Assembly: GCF_009914755.1 (NCBI RefSeq)
Contig: NC_060944.1
Length of the DNA stretch: 64,000 nucleotides
Direction: 5' to 3' (one strand)
Source of the DNA: the human T2T-CHM13v2.0 reference genome, Homo sapiens
Shown here: positions 54,546 through 64,000 of the stretch, piece by piece
Position numbering within the stretch: the stretch's first letter is position 1
How the letters are laid out: each line of letters starts with the position of its first letter
Program-made: the position numbers and the translations under genes
Notes under the pieces: model-generated
Told to the model about the DNA's origin: nothing
Seen by the model: only the letters and a program-made list of their open reading frames with translations
The model's database searches: none

Positions 54546-55579
54546 CTAAAACATTTATTACATGAACGTGGGGTATCTTGGAGAAGCCAGACCCAGTTTC
54601 AGGCTCTCAGCCCCAACCTTAATCTAATATAGTGGCTCTCAACGTGTGGTGCGTGGACTCCCGGTAGTCTCTGAGAACCTTTTAAGGGTTCTACATGGTT
54701 AAGACTATTCTCATAATAATGCTAATGTGTTATTTGCTATTTTCATCCCGTTGGTGTTTGCACCGATGGTGGAAATGCGGTGATGCATAAAATTGCTGAC
54801 ACCTTACCATGAATTAAGGCAGTGGCGCCAGACTCCGCTCCTAGGTAGACATTGCATTCTTCACTGCCAGGAGCTCATAAAGAAAAAAAAAAATCAGTTT
54901 TCCACTGAGGATTGTCCATGATGAAGCAGCAACACTACACCTGGCCCTCATTCCCTTTTTTCCTTAAGTACCTTTCACTGTACCCTTAAGTACTGTCGTT
55001 TTAATGTTCTGTGTGATGAGAATGGAAAATGTGCACAAAGACTTCTGCCTGCCAAAGTATGATGGCTGTCTCCGGGAAAAGCACTTGCGCAGTTTGCGTT
55101 GTGAACTGAAGTACCCACTTTTTTCATGGAACACCATTTTTACTTGGATGAGTGACAAACCATGGCTATTGAGTCTTGGTTATTTGGAGACTGTCTTCAA
55201 ATTGAGTGAGGTGAACCTGTCACTACAGGGAAAACATCTGACTGTATTGGTTGACAGTGATAAAATTTGAGCTTCAAGTGAAATTATAAGTAAGTAAACT
55301 TGAATCGGCCACCATGAGCATAACAGCCTTTTATTACTTTCCTGATGAGATGGGTGGTGACATTAATGAATGTGGGTTAAAAAAATTGTGTAATGAAATG
55401 TACCAGCATTTGAAAGATCTACTTTAACTCAGTGAACCAGTATTATCTAAATGACCCGGTGTTTGATTATACAGTGATGCATGGGTTAAAGATCTGTTCA
55501 GAGTGCAAGTTAGATCCAATGCATTTTAATGAGACAGCATGAAAATTCATTTATATGGTTTCAGATTCCACTTTGCAAC

Positions 55580-56110
55580 TGTAGGAGACTAGAATATACC
55601 ACCCTAAAATATGCCTGTTTGGTGTAAGGATTATTTTGAGAAGCAGACACAGGAGAAGTTCTGAAAACAGAGTAGAAGTTACCCTTTTGTAAGGGAAAAT
55701 TTATATCTATAAAGGAAATCTCCCTTGTAAGGGTGTCTTCCTCATTACCAGGAAAAGGATGACTCAATCACTAGAAACTTACTAATGGAGAAGGCATAGA
55801 CTTAAATCTGTATAACAAGCCTTACTGTTGTTTACCATGCTTTTCTTGGTCGCCTCTCCATAACTATTGCTCCCTAGCCCCTGTGCCCTTCTTTATTTGT
55901 TTCAGCTGAAGATGATATTTAAGTCTGAATTCTAAGCCACCTCTTAGAAATGAAAAGATTTACTCATTTCTCTGGGTATCTCTCATGGATACATGAGATA
56001 TATTTATTATATTTCTGATTTTCTCTTGTTAATTTGTCTTTTGTTAAGGGGTCTGACCCAACTTAGAACTCAGATAGGGTAGAGGAAAAATTATTTTTTT
56101 CTCTCCTATA
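55580..56110 (+). mobile_element. ERV1 solo LTR (MER34/MER39 group)
   Basis: TGtaggagactagaatataccaccctaaaatatgcc start, gggtagaggaaaaattatttt end, flanks caac / aaac; the Charlie sequence resumes after it. Confidence 0.8.
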
Positions 56111-56431
56111 AAACTCACCTTTAAGAAATTACCAGTTGTTTTAGTGTAATATCAAGAAATATCCATAATTATTTATAAAAGTTTATTAAAATAGTCCTTC
56201 CTTTTACAAGTACATGTCTTTGTGAGGCCAGATTTTCTTTATATCCTTAAATCAAGATAACATTGCACCGGATTGAATGCAGAAGTAAATAACTGTTTTC
56301 TATTAAGTCAGGTAATTATATGCAAATATATGTTTTTAATTATTTTATAATTCTCATTGTTTCAGAAGTTTTGTTTTTTGCAAAAATTGTTATTTATGTT
56401 AATATATGATGGGCTTTAAAAAGTGAATGAG

Positions 56432-57062
<631 letters not shown>

Positions 57063-57909
57063 GGTGAATGTTTCTTAAGTTTTAATTTCTAATATGGTGA
57101 ATACTGACATAACCCACATAGCAGAAGTTATTACAGGTTTCCAGTTTTTAAGAGGTAAAGGAATCCTGAGATCAAAAGGCTTGAAATCTAGTGAATTTGG
57201 TTGGAACTCTAGAAGCATTTGACTTAAACCTTTCACCTTGTTGTATTTGGTATCTTGTAGCACACCCAGTTCCTGCTACAGCTGCCTCTATTCTGTGCTG
57301 CTTAAATACGGAGGAGGTCTGAGCTAACCAATCTGAAGTTTGGCCAATTTCAGGGGCATTTAGTTGTTAACCTGAATCTACTTCTTTTATTAGTAAGAAA
57401 CATATCTACTATAGAGATTTAGGACTTTGAACAGCTGTATAACATTATAGGATATGTCTGGTACTCAGTTGTTTCTGTTTCTGAATCACAAATCGGCCAT
57501 TAATTTTAAATAAAGACGTTTTGTAGCATATAATACAATTTCTGATGATCTACTTACTAGTTTGTTAATTCCTCACACCGAGTCATCAGCTCCTTGAAGG
57601 CAAAAAAATTCCTGTTTTGATCAACAATTCATCTACCCCAAGCACTTAGCATAGGGGATACTATTTCCTTTTTCTATGTGGATGACACCCGATATGTTGA
57701 ACAGTGACCACTCTTAAGATACTTGGTGAAGTAGGTTTTGGTTTTAACCAGTTTAGGTGTATGGATGATTTTACAGAAGTTCGTAATAAAATTTTCTTGC
57801 CTCAGATATTCTCTAATAATAATGAGGTGCCCCCAGCTTCATTTACTAGACATGGATAGGCAGGTTTTGTGAAGTACAGAAAAAAAGTTCTTTAAAGTTA
57901 TGGATCATG

Positions 57910-58145
57910 TCACGAGGTCAGGAGTTTGAGACCATCCTGGCCAACATGGTGAAACCCCATCTCTACTAAAATACAAAAAAATTAGCTGGTTGTGGTGGTG
58001 CACACCTGTAGTCCCAGCTACTCAGGAGGCCGAGGCAGGGGAATTCCTTGAACTCGGGAGGCAGAGATTGTGGTGAGCCGAGATTGCACCACTGCACTCC
58101 AGCCCGGGTGACAGGGCGAGACTCCGTCTCAAAAAAAAAAAAAAA
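57910..58145 (+). mobile_element. 5'-truncated Alu (AluSc-like) with 16-bp TSD
   Basis: TSD aaagttatggatcatg at 57894-57909 and 58143-58158. Confidence 0.93.
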
Positions 58146-58639
58146 GTTATGGATCATGAAACTAACATTTGAATAGCAACAAAGAAAAAACCAAGCTATG
58201 TTGTATTTTATTTTTTATTTTTATTTTTTAATGTTGTATTTTAAATTGAATGATGTACTTCTCCTCCTCTTTGCAGTATTTTATATTTTTGCTTACTGCA
58301 CATTTCTTCCCTGAAGCAATCTTGACCTAATGGTATAAATGTTTAGCTCCACATAAGACGGTAGCTATTTTTTGGAGAGGAATGGAGAGGGTCAAGGGTT
58401 TTATTGAGTTTTCAGTTCTGATACCTTTTAACCTTTTTACCAGTGCTACCCCACCCTCCAGAAAGCAAATAATGTTGAAAGCTTTTTTTATTTTTTAACT
58501 TTTTGATATATATTTTCTTATTCATTATTTGTATTGTTGTCATCAGATGAATAATGGCTTTAGAGATTTATTTGAAAAGACAAATTCTATTATCAGACAC
58601 ATAACTTCTAGGGATATGGAAACTATTATTATTGTTACT

Positions 58640-58922
58640 GTTTTGAGACGGGATCTTGCTCTGTCCCCCAGGCCAGAGTGCGGTGATCATGGTTCACTGC
58701 AGACTTGACCTCCTGGGCTCAAGTGATCCTCTTACCTGAGCTTCCTAAATAGCTGGGACCACAGGCACATGCTGCCATGCCCAGCTAATTTTTGTGTTTT
58801 TTGCAGAGACAGAATCTCACTATGTTGCCCAGGCTGGTCTCAAACTGCTGGGCTCAAGCAATCCTCTTGCCCCAGCCTCCCAAAGCGTTGGGATTACAGG
58901 TGTGAGCTACTGAAACTGGCCC
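58640..58922 (-). mobile_element. AluJ-like
   Basis: Alu consensus match. Confidence 0.88.
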
Positions 58923-59919
58923 GGAAACATTTTTAAAAAAGGATTCTTTTGAATTTAAAGTTATTTAATGATTACTGAAGAGTAATAAGCTGTGAGGTCA
59001 GGAAAAAAAGGACTGAGCCACAGACTAAGCAGCAGTACAGATGATGACCTATTCAGGAAGTCTTGTGAGTCAGACTTGCCGTGTCGTGTTGCTAGAGTTA
59101 CAGATCTGCTCCAACCTCTTTGCTTTATAAGAAGGACATCTCTCTGTTCTACCTTCAATATCTTTTCTTTGAAAAATCAACCCAAAAGTCTTTTATTAGC
59201 TTTACATTTATTTCTACAGTCTTAATTTTTGTAACATCAGTGTTGCAGGTGAACAAACTCATTGTAGCCTCTATTTTTGATATTGCTGGACAGGGCTAAC
59301 TTTAGTACTATAGTGGGAAGTTTGTTATTTTGTTTTTTACTCTACAGGCACTCTGGTTTAGGAATATTTATCTGTCTTGCATTTGACCATGGTTACCATT
59401 CCCCCTCTTCATTGTTTACTTAGTGTACCATGGTACACTTTATGTACCATCCTTGCTGCTCTCAGCTGTTTGGTTACCAGGTGGCTAATGTTGTCATCTC
59501 TTAAGCTTTAACATTTACTTCTCAATACTGTCTTTTCCTCTGTGAGGTAGATGGAAAGAATAGATTAGAAGAGAATGGGGCATATGCTGTGATCATCTCT
59601 CCTTTACATCTTTATTGCTTATTAATTTAATTTATATCAGATTTCATTTCTGCTCTGTGCACATACCCACTGTCCCTCCTCACCACTCTTCTTTATCCAG
59701 TTCTTTCTCACTTACCTTAGCATGGCTAAAACCCTTGGTTTTTATTTATCTCTTTCTTCCTCTGCTGTTTTTATTTTCATTATATGCCACAGGGACAAAC
59801 TTAGGTATAAGTACTACTTTTGATGTAGAGATACTTATGTCTGTCAAAGGAAAATTAAACTACAAACCCCAGAGGTAAAAAATGGTACACAATACTGGGG
59901 TTTAAAAAATCTCCTCCTC

Positions 59920-60528
59920 GGCCGGGCTCATGCCTGTAATCCCAGGACTTTGGGAGGCTGGGGTAGGTTGGTCACCTGAGGTCAGGAGTTCGAGACCAGC
60001 CTGGCCAACATGGCGAAACCCCGACTCTACTAATAATACAGAAATGAGGTGGGTATGGTGGCAGCTGCCTGTAATCCCGGCTACTTGGGAGGCTGAGGCA
60101 GGAGAATCGCTTGAATCTGGGAGGCGGAAGTTTTAGTAAGCCGAGATTGCGCCACTGCACTCCAGCCTGGGTGACAGAGCGAGACTCCATCTCAAAAACA
60201 AAACAAAACAAAATAAAAAAGCCCCACTCCTTCTGCCCCTCCAGACCAGGGTCTCACTCCCTTCACCCAGGCTGGAGTGCAGTGGCGCGAACCTTAGCTC
60301 ACTGTAACCTCTGCCTCCTGGGCTCAGGTGATACCCCCACCTCAGCCTCCCGAGTAGCTGCGACTACAGGTGTGCGTCACCACGCTTGGCTAAGTGTTTT
60401 GTATTTTTTGTAGAGACGGCGTTTTGCCACTTTGCCCAGGCTGGTCTTGAAGTCCCGGGTTCAAGCTGTCCTCTCATCTTGGCCTCCCAAAGTGTTGAGA
60501 TTACAAGTGTGAGCCACCACACCCAGCC
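59920..60528. mobile_element. Tail-to-tail Alu pair (59920-60220 +; 60243-60528 -)
   Basis: Alu consensus matches about 20 bp apart. Confidence 0.92.
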
Positions 60529-62032
60529 AAATTATTTCTTTTTACCTCTGTAAAAGGAGAACCTTCTCTGTATTTTAAGAAGATGTGGAGTTGGTCAAAA
60601 GTACAGCTGATGGGAAAGCAAAGGAGAACTGGAGTTTGAAAAGAGAAGAGGAATGGTGGTAGTTAAAAAAAAAATTTGTAAAAAATAGAGTTACATACAA
60701 GTTTACACAATGGTTTAGAGCTTACAAGGTAGGAAGCAGAGACAGAAATAGTGTAATATGTAAAATGTTATAGTAAAAATATGGAAAATGCTTAGGATAA
60801 AGAAGGGAAAACTTTTGTCTAATTGGGAGAGTCGGGGATGGTTTTACCAGAGGTGACAAATTAATCTTGAAGGGCAGGAATATTCTAGATGGAAAAGCGA
60901 TGTGGGAAAGATTAAAAAAAAATTAGTGACTTAAGGTTAAAAATAAAGGAAATGTTTCAGTTACCTTTATTAAAAACTTTTAGTATAAAGATCATTTTGG
61001 GGTTGCTGGTGGTGATTGATGAGGAAGAAGTATGACTGGTAACAGGTTGTTTAAACTGAAGCCAAATTCAGGTTTATGAAGCTCAGACTTAAGTCTGTTC
61101 TTATATATGAGATAGATTCAGTGTATTAAATTGTAGAAGTCAATGTAACCTTTAAAACAAAAGAGTTACCCGGCTAGTTAGTATGCTGTCAGGAGAGGGT
61201 AACTTGATTTGGATATGGATGGAATTGGCTCCCTTAACTCCCTCTGTACAGTGTATTATCTGTGAACTTCAACTCTGTTGCTCATGTAGAGGTTGAGAAG
61301 TCTCTTGGCAGCAAGTTTCCAGTTGCAACTAACACCTGAGTTGGCTAATTGGTATGCCCAGTTCTAGCACTCTAGTCTCTGGGGAGTTTATGTTTAAATT
61401 CAACTTCATCAGGTTTAAACTGGAACATAAATGTGCAAGAAGGAAGAGAGAATGGAACCTTGCGCATAAAATAATTTACATTCAGATGCTTTTCTGTTCA
61501 ATTTATATATTAAAAATAGGATGTTTTACTTTATTGTTTCTTGCTAGCCCTTCACTCAATATGCTGGCATTATAAAGCAAAGATAGTGGAGAAGAAATTA
61601 CCAAGAACTGAAGTTGTACTGTTTTCTTGTATACATCTCCACCAAGGTAGTTTCTTGTAGATACCATGTGTATGTTTTGTTTCTAAAAACTGTAGGCTCC
61701 TAGCTTTGCTATTCATTGTGTTCAAACGATTCCTTCTTTTTTTTTTTTTTTAACACTTACCAAATTTAATTGTTTTTCTGTTTTCCTGTTCTGCTAGCCT
61801 GAGAGTTCTAGTAATTGGTAGTGACATTTATCCCTGTTTTCTGGGGCTAAAATGATTCTGGGCATGCAAAACGTTTGAGCTGAAATGGAATTAAATTGAA
61901 AAAAAAAAAAAGGATTGTGTTATACTTTATCCTACAAAACATAATAGCAAATTATCAGCCACAAAACAAAAGGATATAAAAAATTTCCCTCTCTGACAGA
62001 GGATGAGGAAGCAAAAGAAAAATAAATAAGTA

Positions 62033-62330
62033 GGCCAGGCGCGGCGGCTCACGCCTGTAATCCCAGCACTTTGGGAGGCTGAGGCCGGTGGATCATGAGG
62101 TCAGGAGTTCAAGACCAGCCTTTCCAAGATGGTGAAACCCCGTCTCTACTAAAAATATAAAAATTAGCTGGGCGTGGTGGTGGGTGCCTGTAATCCCAGC
62201 TACTCGGGAGGCTGAGGCAGGAGAATCGCTTGAACCTGGGAGGCGGAGGTTGCACTGAGATTGCGCTACTGCACTCTAGCCTGGGCGACAGAGCAAGACT
62301 CTGTCTTAAAAAAAAAAAAAAATTAAAAAA
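62033..62330 (+). mobile_element. Alu (AluSg-like)
   Basis: Full dimer with A-tail; ggatcatgaggtcaggagttcaag. Confidence 0.92.
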
Positions 62331-64000
62331 AATTTTCTTTTCTTTCCCCTCCTACTTATCTCCTCACAGCTCTTAACTTCCTTACCAGCATTGAAAGAAA
62401 CAAAGGTAGGAGGAGATACTAACTGGAAGAGTCATCCACTTGAGGAGGAAGCTTTTATAACAGTTCCACGTTATAAAAGCTCTTCCCTGCCTTCCCCTGT
62501 CCTTTACACACGTTATATTTGTCTTCAGTCCTTTCTCCGTGGTACCAGTTCTCTTGGAGCTCCTCTTATTTTATTAGTAAGGGTATGAATGACGGATTGA
62601 AAGAAAGAAGATTAAGAAACTTTTTGATATTTTTAGGGTAGAGAAAAAAACCTTGTAAGATTAAGCCCTTGTGTTAACTAGTAGTGGTTATTTTCTAAGT
62701 TGTCTGATTAGGAATTTGAGAATTTGGAATTTCAGTTTTGGGTAGAACTTTTATGTATGACTGTCTCATTCTTCCCAAGAACTTGTTTTTTCTGATTGAC
62801 TTGAGCAGTCTCTGCTTTTGCATAGTGCTTGAAGCAGTTTTTAATAAACCAGTTCAGATCCATAGCTCTTTGAAAAAATTTCCATAAGTTACTGTGATTC
62901 TCAAGAAATACACCAAACCTCTCTCTAATTAGTGTATTTAATCATACCTTGTATAAGTTAGGGAAACAAGCCTGACAGATAAACTAAATTGCTGCTGGGA
63001 TAGTCAAGTGGCTCCACCATTTAATGATAGCAAACCAAAGAATAACAATACTTGACTGACCATTTTAAGGTATAGTTTGTATATGTCGATCTCAAATTTT
63101 CCTTTTGCTGTGTGAGCCATTGACCATCTCAAGTGGAAGTAAGGGTTATGGGTAATATTAGACCACCACGAAGGGCAGTTTAGTGACATCGGTGGGTAAT
63201 GGTTAGGTAAGGTACTTGAGGGGAGCATTAGTATCTGCTGAGCTTGAGCAACTCCTTGCCTCTGTCCCTAATACTGCATGCCCCTAAACTATGGCTGTCA
63301 TAACCTCTCAGTGTTCTTACTGATAAGCTGAGAAATTTTCTGGCTAACTGGTTGGCTATAGTGTGATTCAGTAGTACAAATGGCTTGTTTTGGTGGTGGT
63401 GGGGAATAAAATGCCCAAGAAACATTTGATACATATTTTGTTGGTTATGAAGTCTGAAAAAATATTGTAGTTCCAGCTCTGCCATCCAGAATCTGTGTGT
63501 GCTCTAGTGGAAAGTTAGCCATTTCCTTATCTGTAAAATGGGACTATTATAGTAATACATACTCTGGAGGGTCATGGTAAATAAATTACAGTATATATGA
63601 GATGTCTAGTATTGTACTACCACAAAATTATCTCCTTATTTCTCCCTTATTAATTTAGGAAAAGTAAAATATTTTAGTTGGTTTCTATGTCAATTTAGAT
63701 TTACTGGATAACCCATCTGCTATTTTGGCACACTATAGCTTTTTTTAGGTCCCTCAAAATAACTTCTTGCTTGCCTAATGAACACTGGTAGTGTTGATTG
63801 ATATCTTTTCCTTTTGGACAGGGCGTAGTTCCTGTATCCTTGTCCATTTAGCTAATTTGCTGTGTATAATCAAACTTTTTCCCTCCTGTCTTAATCCCAA
63901 ATAACCAAAAGGAAAGCTGATTAGTGCTGCTAAGCCATATACCAAAATTTTCATGGTTTTTGAGCTAGCAGGTATAATTCTTTGCTGCTTTTCAGCTTTA

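Noticed and set aside
59041-59160. ATGATGA resembling a snoRNA C box
   Set aside because: No suitably placed CTGA D box or terminal stem downstream.
59422-59439. Perfect 18-bp palindrome agtgtaccatggtacact
   Set aside because: A 9-bp-arm palindrome has a chance expectation of about 0.25 per 64 kb (64000/4^9), so it is not significant alone.

Overview
Alu-dense primate (almost certainly human) genomic DNA with no credible protein-coding exon. One 79-bp exon with canonical splice sites (31588-31666, + strand) matches, from my memory of the mRNA, the non-coding 5'-UTR exon 2 of NCOA3 (SRC-3/AIB1). The window would then be the 3' part of intron 1, exon 2 and most of intron 2; this identification is recalled, not searched. 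The rest is layered transposon sequence: about 80 Alu copies or fragments, a 5'-inverted (twin-primed) L1PA with target-site duplication (TSD), older L1M/L2/MIR relics, a Tigger1 and a Charlie1 with both ends retained, other Tigger/MER relics and several solo LTRs. Nearly all ORFs in the track are Alu, L1 or transposase artefacts. I see no evidence for a new multi-gene system. The best leads are: (1) a long hairpin with a GNRA-capped inner stem at 23161-23249; (2) exon 2 as a possible translational switch, since it carries a complete uORF and tandem AATAAA and is bracketed by three antisense and three sense Alus; (3) a CCAAT/ISRE-rich candidate internal promoter near 25.1-25.4 kb; (4) an ERV1 solo LTR with its promoter signals antisense to the gene. 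Repeat subfamily names and boundaries are by-eye estimates.
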